A stretch of 32,000 nucleotides of DNA from Raphidiopsis brookii D9 (GCA_000175855.1 ACYB01000016.1:1-32000), one strand, 5' to 3'; shown: positions 19,353 through 31,608, counted from the first letter of the stretch. Numbers and translations: made by a program. Notes: a model not told the origin generated them from the letters alone.

Positions 19353-20282
19353 GTGGAAAATAAAAGGTTATTTTTTTGCCCACAAGGAGTATTAGTTATA
19401 TTACTGTGCTTAATTGGTGCTTTAGGAACTGGGTTAATGTTGTTTTTAAAAACAACTGCTTTTTCACCTCAAGATGATAATAATATTATCAACCATGGCG
19501 CTAATAATACTCCCCCCAGAATTTCTTCTAAGTTTACTAATGGAAAATCTCTGGGTAAGTTTAAGAACACTATGCTCACTACTTGGCACAAAGAAGCACA
19601 GTCTAAAGGGATGATTCCTGACGTACCTTCCCAATTCCAAGGAAAAGTTCTTAAGTCAGTTACCTTACCTCCCAATAAAAAGGTTATAGCGCTTACCTTC
19701 GATGATGGTCCTTGGCCCCAAAGTACGGACCAAATCCTAGATATTCTCAATAAAAATGATGTCAAGGGCACTTTCTTCGTACTTGGAAAAAATGTCCAGC
19801 TTTATCCCGATTTAACTAGACGTATAGTTAATGATGGTCATTCCATAGCTAACCATACTTGGCATCATTGGTATCACGCTATGAATCCTCAAGTTGCTGC
19901 ATACGAGGTTGTAAGCACTACAGATATTATATTCAAAACTACCGGAGTTAAAACAGGACTGTTTCGTCCCCCCGGTGGTGCTATGACTAATGGAGTCGCT
20001 TCCTATGCTAAAAACAATCAATATGCTGTTATTATGTGGTCTTCCGATTCCATAGACTACTCTCGCCCTGATCCCAATAAAATCATTACGAATGTGTTTA
20101 GAACAGCACAACCTGGAGGTATTGTATTAATGCATGATGGAGGAGGAGATAGATCTCACACTGTTAAAGCCCTACCACAAATCATTAATAAGTTTCGCAA
20201 GCAGGGCTACAGTTTTGTCACTGTTCCACAATTATTAGAAATGCAGGAGAAACCAAAACAGGTGGTTGCTAAGAAAAAGTAG
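19353..20282 (+). CDS. Polysaccharide deacetylase (NodB homology) with N-terminal TM anchor
   Basis: 'KKVIALTFDDGPWPQSTDQILDILNKNDVKGTFFVLGKNV', 'GHSIANHTWHH', 'FRPPGGAMTN', 'GGIVLMHDGGGDRSHTVKALPQII'. Confidence 0.95.
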   Translation: MENKRLFFCPQGVLVILLCLIGALGTGLMLFLKTTAFSPQDDNNIINHGANNTPPRISSKFTNGKSLGKFKNTMLTTWHKEAQSKGMIPDVPSQFQGKVLKSVTLPPNKKVIALTFDDGPWPQSTDQILDILNKNDVKGTFFVLGKNVQLYPDLTRRIVNDGHSIANHTWHHWYHAMNPQVAAYEVVSTTDIIFKTTGVKTGLFRPPGGAMTNGVASYAKNNQYAVIMWSSDSIDYSRPDPNKIITNVFRTAQPGGIVLMHDGGGDRSHTVKALPQIINKFRKQGYSFVTVPQLLEMQEKPKQVVAKKK

Positions 20283-20310
20283 GGGGAGAATTTATGCTCC
20301 CCCAGGATTT

Positions 20311-23300
20311 CTAAATAACTGCGGAGCTCATCTCTTTGCTGGACTTTTCCCCTTCTGCATTAGCTTCTAAACTATCTGCTTCCGATGGCGGTACTACTTG
20401 CCAAAATTTAGGTAAGTATTCTTCCCATTTATTGAGAATTAATTGCGCTTTTTGAGATTCCGTGCGATCGCAGTGAGCTTTAATCAAATCATACAACTGT
20501 TTTTTGCCTGCTTCGGTTACTACGGGCTGAATTTTGACTATTGTCTTATTCACTAGGTCGGGGAAGCTACCATCTTCGTCTAAGAAGTAGGCCAGTCCTC
20601 CAGTCATTCCCGCACCAACGTTACGTCCTACTTTGCCCAAAACTACTACTACCCCACCTGTCATGTACTCACAACAGTGGTCTCCAGCTCCTTCAATTAC
20701 TGCTGTACCTTTGGAATTGCGCACTGCAAACCTTTCACCAGCTAAACCACTAGCAAATAAAGCTCCTCCAGTCGCACCATAAAGACAGGTGTTACCAACA
20801 ATGACGTTTTTACCTGCATCATAGTTAGCTTCCACTGGGGGTTTAATAATAATTTCCCCACCATGCATCCCTTTACCTACATAATCATTAGCTTCCCCCT
20901 CCAGGGTTAGGGTTATCCCCGGTAAAATAAACGCTCCAAAACTCTGTCCCACACTACCTTGGAAGTTTAAGTTTATTTGCCCTTCAAAACCAGGATCACC
21001 ATATTTAGATGCGATCGCACCTGCTAATCTTGCTCCCACGGTTCTATCGGTGTTTACAACTTTGTAGGTTTTGGTGACTGTAGCTTGATTGGTGATGGTT
21101 GTTTGAATATCCTCATCAGCCAAAATTATGTTGTCTAGAACTTCTCCATTACTGTGAACTTCTTCATGGGTTAACCAAGTACGGTTTGATTTAGTATCTG
21201 GTAACTTAGTTAAACAGTCTAAATTCACAGATTGAGTTTTGGTTAACTTCACATCGGAACGTTTATTTAACAGGTCTGCTCTACCAGTCAACTCATTTAG
21301 GGAGCGATATCCCAGTCTTGCTAGTAAACTCCTAACCTCTTCCGCTATAAAATAGAAGAAGTTGACCACATGTTCGGGAATCCCCGTAAACCTTTGACGT
21401 AGTTCTTCTTTTTGGGTGGCTACACCTTTGGGACAGGTGTTTAAATGACACACCCGCGCCATAATACAACCCTCAGCAATCATTGCTATAGAGCCAAAAC
21501 CAAATTCTTCTGCACCCATTAGAGCAGCAACTACAACATCCCAACCACTCTTGATTCCACCATCAACTCTTAAAACCACGCGATCGCGTAGCCCATTATC
21601 CATCAGTACCCGATGCACTTCGGTTAATCCTAGTTCCCATGGGCTACCTGCGTGTTTGATAGAACTCAAGGGAGAAGCTCCAGTACCCCCATCATGTCCA
21701 GAAATTTGGATAACATCAGCATTAGCTTTGGCCACACCTGCTGCAATTGTCCCAATACCAATTTCCGCCACTAATTTTACAGAAACCCGTGCTTTGGGAT
21801 TAATTTGATGTAGGTCAAAAATCAACTGTGCTAAATCCTCAATCGAATAAATATCATGATGGGGTGGTGGAGAGATCAAGGTTACACCTGGTTTAGAACG
21901 TCGCAACATAGCAATGTAAGGACTCACCTTGGGTCCGGGTAACTGTCCACCTTCACCGGGTTTTGCACCCTGGGCAATTTTGATTTCTAACTGTTTAGCA
22001 CTGGCTAAATATCCCGGTGTGACACCAAAACGACCGGAAGCTATTTGTTTAATGGCACTGGAAGCTGTATCACCATTCTTCAATCCTTTTAAATGAGGTA
22101 AGGTTAGTGAATGACCATTTTCATCCACATCTTTTAACACCCCATAACGCACTGGATCTTCCCCACCTTCCCCGGAATTCGACTTACCACCAATACGATT
22201 CATGGCAATGGCTAGATTTTCATGAGCTTCCCGTGATAATGCTCCCAAAGACATCCCACCAGTACAGAAACGTTTAGCAATATCACTGACACTTTCTACC
22301 TCTTCTAAAGGTATGGACTGGCGATCGCTTTCAAAATCTAATAAGTCTCTCAAAGCGGTAGTTGGTCTGGCTTGCAAGTGCTGTTTATAAACCTGATAAT
22401 GGTCATACTGTTTACCATCCACAGCTTTATGTAAAGCTTTCACCAATTCTGGATTATTACTATGATATTCTCCACCAGGGCGAAACTGAACAAATCCTAG
22501 GTTCTCCAACTTCTTCGTTGATAACTCGGGGAAGGCCTTACTGTGGAAGGAAAGCACCTCCTGAGCTAATTCCCCACAACTGATACCACCAATACGCGAT
22601 GTAGTGCCTTTGAAACCTAACTTAATTAGATCCTCACCAATACCAATAGCTTCAAAAATTTGTGCCGCTTGATAACTGGAAAGCAAGGAAATTCCCATTT
22701 TAGAAAGGATCTTCAGCAAACCAGACTCCACCGCTTGACGATAATTGGCAACTGCTTGCTCCAGGGAAATATCATTTAACTTACCCCGCTCTCGCAACTG
22801 CTGGGTTCTAGGATCAAGCCACCAATCACGCACGGTGTCCAGGGCCATATAGGGACAAACCGCACCCGCACCATAGCCCAACAAACAGGCAAAATGATGG
22901 GTACTCCAACACTGGGCGGTGTGCACCACCAAGGAGGTTTTCATTCTGATTCCCTGGCTAATTAAGTAGTGATGTACCGCACCTACAGCTAATAATGGTG
23001 GAATATAACTTAAATTAGCATTAATTCCTTTTTGACCATCCGGAGCAATTTTATCACTCAGGATTAGGATCTTTGCTCCCGCTCGCACAGACTCTGCTGC
23101 TTGTTTTTGCAAAGACTCCACAGCTACCTTTAATCCTTCCGGACCTCCATCAATAGCAAATAGGGTAGATATTTCAGCTGTACCAAATCCACACAACTTA
23201 ATTGCTTCCAAATCCCCATCGGTCAAAATGGGTGAGTCTAATCTTAATCTTTGATCTCCCCCCGATTGAGGATCTAATAAATTTCCCCTTTCCCCTAATT

Positions 23301-25002
23301 CCACTGTTAAGGACATCACCAATTTTTCCCGTAGGGGGTCAATGGGGGGGTTAGTCACCTGGGCAAAACGCTGCTTAAAATAGTCGTAGAGCAAATGAGG
23401 TTTGGCTGATAAAACTGCTAGGGGAGTATCGTCACCCATACTAAAAGTCGGTTCTCCTCCAGTATTACCCATGACGTGAATAATCATTTCCACATCTTCA
23501 CTTGTATAGCCAAACGCAATTTGGTTTTGCAACAGAGTTTCCCTATCAGGTACTTCCCAACTGAGATTTCCATTACCTGTATGGTGACCATTACCATTTG
23601 CATCAGATGGTAATAAATCCTTTAAGTCTTGACGATGTTTTTGCAACCATTCCTTATATGGATGTAACTTAGCAATCCGCTGTTTAATTTCCCAGTTTTT
23701 CAACACCTCATTGCTAATCAAGTCCACCGCAATCATTTGTCCTGGACCCAGTCTACCCTTCTCCACAATACTTGCTTCGGGAAACTCCACCACCCCCGCT
23801 TCTGACGCGACCACAATATAATCATCGTTGGTAATTACATAACGCGCTGGTCTCAGTCCATTCCTATCTAAGGTGGCTCCTACATTTTTACCATCACTAA
23901 ATACTATGAGAGCAGGTCCATCCCATGCTTCTTGCAGTCCACTGTAATATTCGTAGAAATCCACAATTTCTGGGTGATCTTTTAAGGAGGGTTGATTTTT
24001 ATATGCTTCTGGCACCATTATCATCAACGCCTCTAAAGGACTACGTCCAGATCGTACTAATAACTCTAGGACGTTGTCTAAATTTGCCGAATCACTACTA
24101 TCTGAATTAACTAAGGGTTTATATTCTTCATCCCTACCTTGCCAAAGGGGATGCGCTAGGGTAGATTCCCTCGCCCTCATCCAGTTAATATTGCCCAGTA
24201 GTGTGTTAATTTCTCCATTGTGACCCAGCAACCGCATTGGTTGAGCTAAAGGCCATTTTGGCATAGTATTGGTACTAAAACGACGATGATATACGGCGAA
24301 AGCAGATTTAAAGGCTGGATTCTTTAAGTCTTGATAAAAACTGCCCAAAACAGCTGAGCGTACCATACCCTTATAAACTATGGTGCGACTGGAAAGGGAA
24401 CAAACATAAAATTCATCTTCTAAGTCTCTTAGCTGTTTTGCAGCTTTCACTATCCGACGACGCACTATATACATTTCCCTTTCTAGCTCATCCCCGGTTT
24501 TATCTGAGGAACGGACAAACACCTGCTCTATACGAGGTTGATTTTCTCGTGCTTGTCTACCCAAAACCTCTGGAGATACGGGCACTGCTCGCCAACCCAA
24601 AACCTCTAACTTTTCTTCGGTGATCACCTGTTCAAATAGTTGTCTGGCTTTTCTGGCGGATTCTTGCTCTTTGGGTAAGAATATCATTCCTACAGCTATA
24701 TTACCTGTGTTATTGGTCCATCCTTCCTCTGCTAACAATTGCCAGGGAATAGCTGTTAAAACCCCCGCTCCATCTCCTGAGTCTTTATCCGCACTACACC
24801 CTCCCCGATGCTCTAAACAGGTCAGTGCGTCTAACGCCTTGGTTAAAATCTCATGGTTGGCATAGTTTTTTTTATGAGCTATAAATCCCACCCCACAAGC
24901 ATCTCGCTCTTCTACCAACCACCTTTGTCCCTGATAAATTTCCCTATTTTCTTCATCCAACATTGTGATATTTTGAGCTTGATTTAATGATTGATAATTC
25001 AT
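20311..25002 (-). CDS. gltS: Ferredoxin-dependent glutamate synthase
   Basis: Class II amidotransferase N-terminus '[14 protein letters not shown]' after a ~36-aa propeptide; '[15 protein letters not shown]'; '[13 protein letters not shown]'; 3Fe-4S '[13 protein letters not shown]'; C-terminal GXGXG domain. Confidence 0.95.
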   Translation of the reverse strand: MNYQSLNQAQNITMLDEENREIYQGQRWLVEERDACGVGFIAHKKNYANHEILTKALDALTCLEHRGGCSADKDSGDGAGVLTAIPWQLLAEEGWTNNTGNIAVGMIFLPKEQESARKARQLFEQVITEEKLEVLGWRAVPVSPEVLGRQARENQPRIEQVFVRSSDKTGDELEREMYIVRRRIVKAAKQLRDLEDEFYVCSLSSRTIVYKGMVRSAVLGSFYQDLKNPAFKSAFAVYHRRFSTNTMPKWPLAQPMRLLGHNGEINTLLGNINWMRARESTLAHPLWQGRDEEYKPLVNSDSSDSANLDNVLELLVRSGRSPLEALMIMVPEAYKNQPSLKDHPEIVDFYEYYSGLQEAWDGPALIVFSDGKNVGATLDRNGLRPARYVITNDDYIVVASEAGVVEFPEASIVEKGRLGPGQMIAVDLISNEVLKNWEIKQRIAKLHPYKEWLQKHRQDLKDLLPSDANGNGHHTGNGNLSWEVPDRETLLQNQIAFGYTSEDVEMIIHVMGNTGGEPTFSMGDDTPLAVLSAKPHLLYDYFKQRFAQVTNPPIDPLREKLVMSLTVELGERGNLLDPQSGGDQRLRLDSPILTDGDLEAIKLCGFGTAEISTLFAIDGGPEGLKVAVESLQKQAAESVRAGAKILILSDKIAPDGQKGINANLSYIPPLLAVGAVHHYLISQGIRMKTSLVVHTAQCWSTHHFACLLGYGAGAVCPYMALDTVRDWWLDPRTQQLRERGKLNDISLEQAVANYRQAVESGLLKILSKMGISLLSSYQAAQIFEAIGIGEDLIKLGFKGTTSRIGGISCGELAQEVLSFHSKAFPELSTKKLENLGFVQFRPGGEYHSNNPELVKALHKAVDGKQYDHYQVYKQHLQARPTTALRDLLDFESDRQSIPLEEVESVSDIAKRFCTGGMSLGALSREAHENLAIAMNRIGGKSNSGEGGEDPVRYGVLKDVDENGHSLTLPHLKGLKNGDTASSAIKQIASGRFGVTPGYLASAKQLEIKIAQGAKPGEGGQLPGPKVSPYIAMLRRSKPGVTLISPPPHHDIYSIEDLAQLIFDLHQINPKARVSVKLVAEIGIGTIAAGVAKANADVIQISGHDGGTGASPLSSIKHAGSPWELGLTEVHRVLMDNGLRDRVVLRVDGGIKSGWDVVVAALMGAEEFGFGSIAMIAEGCIMARVCHLNTCPKGVATQKEELRQRFTGIPEHVVNFFYFIAEEVRSLLARLGYRSLNELTGRADLLNKRSDVKLTKTQSVNLDCLTKLPDTKSNRTWLTHEEVHSNGEVLDNIILADEDIQTTITNQATVTKTYKVVNTDRTVGARLAGAIASKYGDPGFEGQINLNFQGSVGQSFGAFILPGITLTLEGEANDYVGKGMHGGEIIIKPPVEANYDAGKNVIVGNTCLYGATGGALFASGLAGERFAVRNSKGTAVIEGAGDHCCEYMTGGVVVVLGKVGRNVGAGMTGGLAYFLDEDGSFPDLVNKTIVKIQPVVTEAGKKQLYDLIKAHCDRTESQKAQLILNKWEEYLPKFWQVVPPSEADSLEANAEGEKSSKEMSSAVI

Positions 25003-25094
25003 ATTTTGGTTCTCGTTCTGTTACTGAGTGGTGTTACTGGAAGTAATGGCAAATTCGCTGACAAAACATATCAGTTCTTATATCTACTCACCTA

Positions 25095-25126
25095 TATTAA
25101 TTCATACCTGTATTAATTCATACCTG
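25095..25126. repeat. Perfect tandem duplication of a 16-mer
   Basis: TATTAATTCATACCTG at 25095-25110 and again at 25111-25126. Confidence 0.9.
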
Positions 25127-25506
25127 GTTTTTGTTGGTGGTTGGGGACAGCGAGTGCCTTTCCTGCTAAAGGATAAAACCTGGGCAGGAATATGGTTTTA
25201 CCTGACATTAGGTTATGGTTTCTATAGGTTGATAGTGAATCCTTATTAACCTCACACACTTATTTACGCAGTTGGTCCTGGCTCATTTAGATAACAATGT
25301 GTCATCTGAAAAGCCATATCTACAAGTTCAAGTTTACACTGCCTAGTAGTTTACCCTATTTTCATTGGTTGTAGTCAAAAAGTACAAGTATCTATAATAT
25401 ATAATACCATCCTTTGGCTAGAAAAGTAGTTCTCAAAAATTATTCTCAACTATTTTTTCAATCTCTCTTACTATCTTATCTTGACATTCTTCTCACTTTA
25501 GAGCTT

Positions 25507-27327
25507 ATGACACTAATCAGAGCCAATAAACAAGCATTCCTATGCTTAATTGTAACTTCAGTGCTGGTGACAACCGCTAATTTGGGTTTTACCAGTACTG
25601 CTCAAGTTCTTCCCCCCACAGGTTCGTCGGGTAATCAAATTACTCTCAACGGTAGTAAGTTGCCAGCACCTTGGATGCAATTACGGGAAGGTGACCAAAT
25701 AATCACATATTTGAGTGATGCAGCTTTGAGCCAATTTGTAGGGGTGGATTTATTAAACACCAGCAATCCCGAACTACAACCGGTTAATTGGTATTCTGAC
25801 GTATCTGTGAGACCTCTGAAAGCCAAAATTTTAGGGGGATATCGCTATTTAGAAATTTCCCCCTGGTGGAAAAAAAATAAGTGGCAAATTCAAACCAATG
25901 GTTCTAATTTGATGATTTCTACCCCCTCGGTAACAATCAATGATATCCGCCAGGGTAAGGGGTCTTGGGGAGACCGTTTAGTCATAGATATGAATTATGC
26001 TGCACCCTGGAAGGTGAGACCTGGTCAACCTATTAACTCAGCACCGGGTCCAGCCCCTGTACAACCTAATCGGGAATGGATTATTAGTATAGATGGTAAA
26101 GCGATTGACGCACTGGTGAAAAAGTATCTGGCTACATCTAGTCCAAATCCCCTAATACGAAAAATTCAGATTACTAACCGGGTGAAAAATACACATCAGA
26201 CCAATATACATTTAAGTTTACCCTTTGCTTCATCTCCCCGCGTTACTACCCTTTCTAATCCTAACCGCTTGGTTATTGATGTCCGTCAGGATGCTTTGGT
26301 CCCTAGAGATATTACTTGGAGTAAAGGACTGCGTTGGCAACAAAGATTTATTAATCTCGGCAAAGACAGCTTTCCTGTAGTTTGGTTGGAAATTAATCGG
26401 AAAACATCAGAGTTAAATTTACAACCCATATTACCCAATCCTCAGACACAAACAGGCACAGCACCACTAACATTAACTGCACAACGCTACTCAGCTATCG
26501 CAGGAATTAATGGTGGTTACTTTAATCGGAATAATCAGCTACCATTAGGTGCAGTACGCCACAATGACCAGTGGATTTCAGGACCTATACTCAATCGAGG
26601 TGCGATCGCATGGAATGATCAAGGGGAGTTTTATTTTGGTAGGTTGAGTTTAAACGAAACCCTAATTATCAATCAGGATAATAAAAAAACAACTCTCCCA
26701 GTTTTGTTTTTGAATAGTGGCTATGTGCAAAACGGCATAGCTCGTTATACATTTGCTTGGGGACCTAACTATATACCACTAACCAATAATGAAACTATCA
26801 TAACAGTTCAAAATGGTCAGGTTACTAAACAATCCCCACCAGAGGGGGCCATTTCCATACCTCGGGATGGCTATTTACTCATCTTACGGGGAACTGCTGT
26901 CACTAAAGCTTCCCTATTGAATGTTGGCACAAAAGTAAATTTGGAAAGTTCTACCATACCGGGTGAGTTTAACACCTATCCCCACATTATTGGAGCAGGC
27001 CCGTTATTAATTCAAAATCAGCGAATTGTTGTTGATGCCAAAGCTGAAAAATTCAGTCAGGCTTTCATTAAGGAACGAGCAGTTCGTAGTGCTATATGCA
27101 CCACTAATACTGACAATTTAATTCTTGCTGCAGTTAATAACCGTGTTGGTGGATGGGGACCAACATTAGAAGAACATGCCCAGATCATGCAGAAAATAGG
27201 TTGTACAAATGCCCTTAATTTGGATGGTGGTAGTTCTACAAGCTTATATCTAGGTGGACAATTACTAGACCGGTTCCCCAACACTGCTGCTCGTGTTCAT
27301 AATGGCATTGGTGTTTTCTTAAAATAA
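25507..27327 (+). CDS. Secreted phosphodiester glycosidase (NAGPA-domain) protein; start revised to 'MTLIRANKQAFL'
   Basis: Signal-like N-terminus from the second Met; N-terminal AMIN/copper-amine-oxidase-like region; 'YSAIAGINGGYFNRNNQLPLGAVRHN', 'NLDGGSSTSLYLGGQLLDRFPN...ARVHNGIGVFL'. Confidence 0.88.
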   Translation: MTLIRANKQAFLCLIVTSVLVTTANLGFTSTAQVLPPTGSSGNQITLNGSKLPAPWMQLREGDQIITYLSDAALSQFVGVDLLNTSNPELQPVNWYSDVSVRPLKAKILGGYRYLEISPWWKKNKWQIQTNGSNLMISTPSVTINDIRQGKGSWGDRLVIDMNYAAPWKVRPGQPINSAPGPAPVQPNREWIISIDGKAIDALVKKYLATSSPNPLIRKIQITNRVKNTHQTNIHLSLPFASSPRVTTLSNPNRLVIDVRQDALVPRDITWSKGLRWQQRFINLGKDSFPVVWLEINRKTSELNLQPILPNPQTQTGTAPLTLTAQRYSAIAGINGGYFNRNNQLPLGAVRHNDQWISGPILNRGAIAWNDQGEFYFGRLSLNETLIINQDNKKTTLPVLFLNSGYVQNGIARYTFAWGPNYIPLTNNETIITVQNGQVTKQSPPEGAISIPRDGYLLILRGTAVTKASLLNVGTKVNLESSTIPGEFNTYPHIIGAGPLLIQNQRIVVDAKAEKFSQAFIKERAVRSAICTTNTDNLILAAVNNRVGGWGPTLEEHAQIMQKIGCTNALNLDGGSSTSLYLGGQLLDRFPNTAARVHNGIGVFLK

Positions 27328-27431
27328 ATCAATTATGAAGAGTTAATGTGGAGCAGGGATTTTTTATCTCCAGTAGACCAGCATTAGGTTTTAATTTAGT
27401 ATGGTGATGGGAGATTAGTTTAAAGATTAAT

Positions 27432-27863
27432 GTGGAGATTAATATGGCTCAATTGACAGAAAAACTTTCCCACAATGGACTTAGTCTCAGCACAACTGCT
27501 GACCATAAGGGAATCCTTGCTGGTGAATTACGTCCTTGGGGATCATTCACTATTTTAGAGGAAGGAAGAGGCTATAAAATTAAACGTATTGAGGTTAAAC
27601 CTGGACATCGTCTTAGTTTGCAAATGCACCACCACCGCAGTGAGCACTGGATAGTCGTCTCTGGTACAGCTAAAGTTGTGTGTGGAGATCGGGAAATCCT
27701 CCTAAGTAATAATCAGTCCACATACGTGCCTCAATGCACAGTCCACCGCCTAGAAAATCCCGGTGTCATTCCCCTAATTTTAATAGAAGTCCAAAATGGG
27801 GAATATTTGGGGGAAGATGATATCATTCGTTACCAAGATGATTATGCTCGTGATCATCATTAA
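27432..27863 (+). CDS. Cupin, mannose-6-phosphate isomerase type II-like
   Basis: 'RPWGSFTILEEGRGYKIKRIEVKPGHRLSLQMHHHRSEHWIVVSGTAKV...NQSTYVPQCTVHRLENPGVIPLILIEVQNGEYLGEDDIIRYQD'. Confidence 0.93.
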   Translation: MEINMAQLTEKLSHNGLSLSTTADHKGILAGELRPWGSFTILEEGRGYKIKRIEVKPGHRLSLQMHHHRSEHWIVVSGTAKVVCGDREILLSNNQSTYVPQCTVHRLENPGVIPLILIEVQNGEYLGEDDIIRYQDDYARDHH

Positions 27864-27918
27864 GAATGGTATGGATAAACCCTTAACTACTTAGATACTA
27901 ATTAACCATGATTAGCTT

Positions 27919-28245
27919 ATGATTAGTTTGAGTTCAGCAGCTACCAATGAAATTGAACGCTTAAAATCCAAACAGCAGTCCCATAGTTTATTCCGGGTGC
28001 GGGTGCAACCAGGTGGTTGTTCCGGGTGGTTATATCATATCTCCTTTGATCAGTTGATTCACCCGGAAGATCAAGTGTTTGACATTGACAACCTGCAACT
28101 GGTCATGGATCAAGAAACCATAAAGTATATCAACGGTTTAACCATTGATTATTCCGAAGATCTTATGGGTGGGGGTTTTCGTTTCCACAATCCCCTGGCC
28201 ACCTCTACCTGTAGCTGCGGTAATTCCTTCTCCATGACATCCTAA
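27919..28245 (+). CDS. HesB/IscA family iron-sulfur assembly protein
   Basis: 'FRVRVQPGGCSGWLYHISFD' and C-terminal 'STCSCGNSFSM' supply the three conserved cysteines. Confidence 0.9.
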   Translation: MISLSSAATNEIERLKSKQQSHSLFRVRVQPGGCSGWLYHISFDQLIHPEDQVFDIDNLQLVMDQETIKYINGLTIDYSEDLMGGGFRFHNPLATSTCSCGNSFSMTS

Positions 28246-28278
28246 CTAACCTTTATCACCGTTAATTACAAAAAATAA

Positions 28279-28308
28279 TTGACGGAAAAACCAAAAAAAA
28301 GTTATAAT
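28279..28308 (+). promoter_or_regulatory. Sigma70-type promoter for the str operon
   Basis: TTGACG (28279-28284), 18-nt spacer, TATAAT (28303-28308), 47 nt before the rpsL ATG. Confidence 0.75.
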
Positions 28309-28355
28309 CAGGATTTGTTAAAATAAAAAATAGGCAGCTTAATGCGCTGTAACCC

Positions 28356-28738
28356 ATGCCAACAATACAGCAGCTAATACGTAGTGAGCGCGAACTAGCG
28401 CGTCAGAAAACCAAATCCCCTGCTCTGAAGCAATGTCCTCAACGTAGAGGAGTGTGTACCAGGGTATATACAACCACCCCAAAAAGCCCAACTCAGCTCT
28501 GCGGAAAGTGGCAAGGGTGAGACTGACCTCCGGATTTGAGGTAACGGCTTATATTCCGGGAATTGGTCACAACTTGCAGGAACACTCGGTGGTGATGATT
28601 CGTGGTGGTCGAGTAAAAGATTTGCCTGGGGTCAGATACCACATTATCCGTGGCACCCTAGATACAGCTGGAGTGAAAGACCGGAAGCAAGGACGTTCCA
28701 AATATGGAACCAAACGCCCGAAACAAACCAAAAAATAG
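28356..28738 (+). CDS. rpsL: 30S ribosomal protein S12, interrupted by a 1-nt frameshift
   Basis: From ATG 28356: [43 protein letters not shown]; then a shift at A5 (28481-28485) into '[53 protein letters not shown]...'. One extra A restores canonical '[14 protein letters not shown]'. Footprint is 383 nt (3n+2). Confidence 0.97.
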
Positions 28739-28743
28739 GTTTT

Positions 28744-28774
28744 AGGCGATTGATTATCTCAGGATTAATCGCCT
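28744..28774 (+). promoter_or_regulatory. Hairpin 5 nt downstream of the rpsL stop
   Basis: AGGCGATTGAT (28744-28754), 9-nt loop, ATTAATCGCCT (28764-28774); 11-bp stem with one G-U; no T tract. Confidence 0.55.
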
Positions 28775-28897
28775 TAACTGACACCCTAGCAGTGTGTTGT
28801 GGAAGAAAGCTTTCAGTGTTTGATAGAGAGTGAAGATGTTCTGATAACATATAATCTCGTAGTTTCGTTACTAAAATTTCCAGTTTAAGGATGAAGT

Positions 28898-29368
28898 ATG
28901 TCTCGTCGTGGTGTTAGTCAAAAGCGGCCAGTTCCGCCAGACTCAGTGTACAATAGCCGCCTTGTCAGTATGATTATGCGGCGGGTAATGCGTCATGGCA
29001 AAAAGTCTTTGGCCGCTAGAATAGTTTATGATGCCTTCAAGACAATTGAAGATAGAACAGGTGGTAGCCCCCTAGAGGTATTTGAGAGGGCAGTGCGTAA
29101 TGCCACCCCTCTAGTAGAAGTAAAAGCTAGAAGGGTAGGTGGTGCGACCTATCAAGTACCAATGGAAGTTCGGGCGGACCGGGGAACAGCTTTAGCGCTA
29201 AGATGGTTGGTGCAATTTTCAAGATCGCGCCCAGGTCGCACCATGGCCAGTAGACTGGCCAATGAGCTAATGGACGCATCTAACGAAACAGGAAGTGCCA
29301 TTCGTAAGCGGGAAGAAACTCACCGCATGGCGGAAGCAAATAAAGCATTTGCACACTACCGTTATTAA
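28898..29368 (+). CDS. rpsG: 30S ribosomal protein S7
   Basis: '[47 protein letters not shown]'. Confidence 0.98.
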   Translation: MSRRGVSQKRPVPPDSVYNSRLVSMIMRRVMRHGKKSLAARIVYDAFKTIEDRTGGSPLEVFERAVRNATPLVEVKARRVGGATYQVPMEVRADRGTALALRWLVQFSRSRPGRTMASRLANELMDASNETGSAIRKREETHRMAEANKAFAHYRY

Positions 29369-29381
29369 GTGAGATATGCAC

Positions 29382-29413
29382 CGATATATCCTCAGTTTGT
29401 GAGGAGTATATCG
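29382..29413 (+). promoter_or_regulatory. Hairpin downstream of the rpsG stop
   Basis: CGATATATCCTC (29382-29393), loop AGTTTGT, GAGGAGTATATCG (29401-29413); 12-bp stem with a single bulged G; no T tract. Confidence 0.5.
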
Positions 29414-29511
29414 CTAAATTCCCGCCTAAGACGGTTTTCCGTAAAAGTATAGAATCTTAACAAAGAGTAATATACAAGATATGATGGCACTATAATTATT
29501 AGGAGGTAAAT

Positions 29512-31590
29512 GTGGCACGCACAAACCCGCTGGAGAAAGTACGCAATATCGGTATTGCGGCGCACATAGATGCGGGCAAAACTACAACAACAGAGAGAAT
29601 ACTATTTTACTCTGGGATAATTCATAAAATTGGCGAAGTTCACGAAGGAACAGCCGTAACCGACTGGATGGAGCAGGAAAGGGAAAGGGGAATTACCATC
29701 ACCGCTGCTGCTATTAGTACCAGTTGGAAAGATCATCAAATTAACATTATTGACACTCCTGGTCACGTAGACTTCACCATAGAAGTGGAACGTTCCATGC
29801 GGGTGTTGGATGGGGTGATAGCCGTATTTTGTTCTGTGGGTGGAGTTCAACCCCAGTCCGAAACTGTATGGCGTCAAGCGGATCGCTATAAAGTGCCTCG
29901 TATAGCTTTCATTAACAAGATGGATCGCACAGGAGCGAATTTCTACAAAGTGCATGAGCAAATGTGCGATCGCCTGCGTGCTAATGCCATAGCCATCCAA
30001 CTTCCCATAGGTAGCGAGAGCGAGTTCCAAGGCATTGTAGATTTGGTGCGGATGCGTGCATATATTTACACTAATGACCAAGGGACAGATATTCAGGAAA
30101 CAGAAATTCCAGCTGAATTAGCAGAGCAAGCGGCAGAGTATCGAGTAAAGCTGATTGAAGCAGTAGCAGAAACAGAAGATGCTCTGATGGAAAAGTATTT
30201 TGCGGGTGAGGATCTCACCGAAGCGGAAATTCGTAGTGCCCTGAGAAAGGGAACAGTTTCTGGAACAATTGTACCAGTTCTTTGTGGTTCAGCCTTCAAA
30301 AACAAAGGCGTACAGTTGATGTTGGATGCAGTGGTAGATTACCTACCAGCGCCAATAGATGTACCAGCAATTCAAGGTACACTGCCCAACGGGGATACAG
30401 TAGAGCGGAGAGCTGAGGATAGCCAACCTCTATCAGCTTTAGCCTTCAAAATTATGGCAGATCCCTATGGAAGACTGACCTTTGTTCGGGTTTACTCTGG
30501 CGTGCTGAAGAAAGGTAGTTACGTACTTAATGCTACCAAAGGTAAGAAAGAACGGATTTCTAGACTGGTAGTACTAAAAGCGGATGAGCGTCAGGACGTA
30601 GAAGAACTGCGTGCTGGTGACCTAGGAGCAGCAGTAGGGTTAAAAGACACCTTGACAGGTGACACCCTATGTGATGAAGGATCCCCAGTAATTCTGGAGT
30701 CCCTATTTATTCCCGAGCCGGTTATTTCCGTCGCGGTAGAGCCTAAGACCAAGAATGATATGGATAAGCTTTCCAAAGCTTTACAGGCTCTTTCAGAAGA
30801 GGATCCCACCTTCCGGGTTAGTGTGGACCCAGAAACCAATCAGACGGTAATTGCTGGTATGGGGGAACTGCACCTAGAAATTCTGGTAGACCGGATGTTA
30901 AGGGAATTCAAGGTAGAGGCCAACGTGGGTGCACCCCAGGTAGCCTACCGAGAAACCATCCGCAAAGCCGTCAACAGAATCGAGGGCAAATTTATCCGTC
31001 AAAGTGGCGGTAAAGGTCAATATGGTCACGTAGTCATTGACTTAGAACCGGGTGAACCTGGGACTGGCTTTGAATTCGTCTCCAAAATAGTTGGTGGTGT
31101 GGTTCCCAAAGAATACATTGGACCATCGGAGCAGGGTATGAAAGAATGCTGCGAATCCGGTGTATTAGCTGGGTATCCACTCATTGATGTGAAGGCTACC
31201 CTAATAGATGGTTCTTACCATGATGTAGACTCTTCAGAAATGGCCTTCAAAATTGCTGGGTCCATGGCTATGAAAGAAGCTGTGGCAAAAGCCTCACCCG
31301 TGCTGTTAGAACCCATGATGAAAGTTGAGGTAGAAGTACCTGAGAACTTCCTGGGTGATGTGATGGGGGATTTAAACTCTCGTCGCGGACAAATTGAGGG
31401 CATGGGTTCGGAACAGGGACTGGCTAAGGTAACTGCTAAAGTACCCCTAGCGGAAATGTTTGGCTATGCTACAGATATCCGGTCTAAAACTCAAGGACGG
31501 GGTATTTTTTCTATGGAATTTAGCCATTACGATGAAGTACCTCGCAACGTGGCTGAGGCAATTATCGCAAAAAGCAAAGGGAACGCATAA
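29512..31590 (+). CDS. fusA: Elongation factor G
   Basis: '[35 protein letters not shown]', 'DTPGHVDF', 'NKMDRTG'; GTG start with SD AGGAGG. Confidence 0.98.
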   Translation: MARTNPLEKVRNIGIAAHIDAGKTTTTERILFYSGIIHKIGEVHEGTAVTDWMEQERERGITITAAAISTSWKDHQINIIDTPGHVDFTIEVERSMRVLDGVIAVFCSVGGVQPQSETVWRQADRYKVPRIAFINKMDRTGANFYKVHEQMCDRLRANAIAIQLPIGSESEFQGIVDLVRMRAYIYTNDQGTDIQETEIPAELAEQAAEYRVKLIEAVAETEDALMEKYFAGEDLTEAEIRSALRKGTVSGTIVPVLCGSAFKNKGVQLMLDAVVDYLPAPIDVPAIQGTLPNGDTVERRAEDSQPLSALAFKIMADPYGRLTFVRVYSGVLKKGSYVLNATKGKKERISRLVVLKADERQDVEELRAGDLGAAVGLKDTLTGDTLCDEGSPVILESLFIPEPVISVAVEPKTKNDMDKLSKALQALSEEDPTFRVSVDPETNQTVIAGMGELHLEILVDRMLREFKVEANVGAPQVAYRETIRKAVNRIEGKFIRQSGGKGQYGHVVIDLEPGEPGTGFEFVSKIVGGVVPKEYIGPSEQGMKECCESGVLAGYPLIDVKATLIDGSYHDVDSSEMAFKIAGSMAMKEAVAKASPVLLEPMMKVEVEVPENFLGDVMGDLNSRRGQIEGMGSEQGLAKVTAKVPLAEMFGYATDIRSKTQGRGIFSMEFSHYDEVPRNVAEAIIAKSKGNA

Positions 31591-31608
31591 TTAAAAAAGG
31601 AGATATAC

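Noticed and set aside
19348-19380. Possible fourth homopolymer frameshift in the polysaccharide deacetylase (ATG at 19348 with T7, where T8 would join frames)
   Set aside because: The GTG start at 19353 gives an intact protein and has better spacing from the AGGAG sequence, so no error needs to be invoked.
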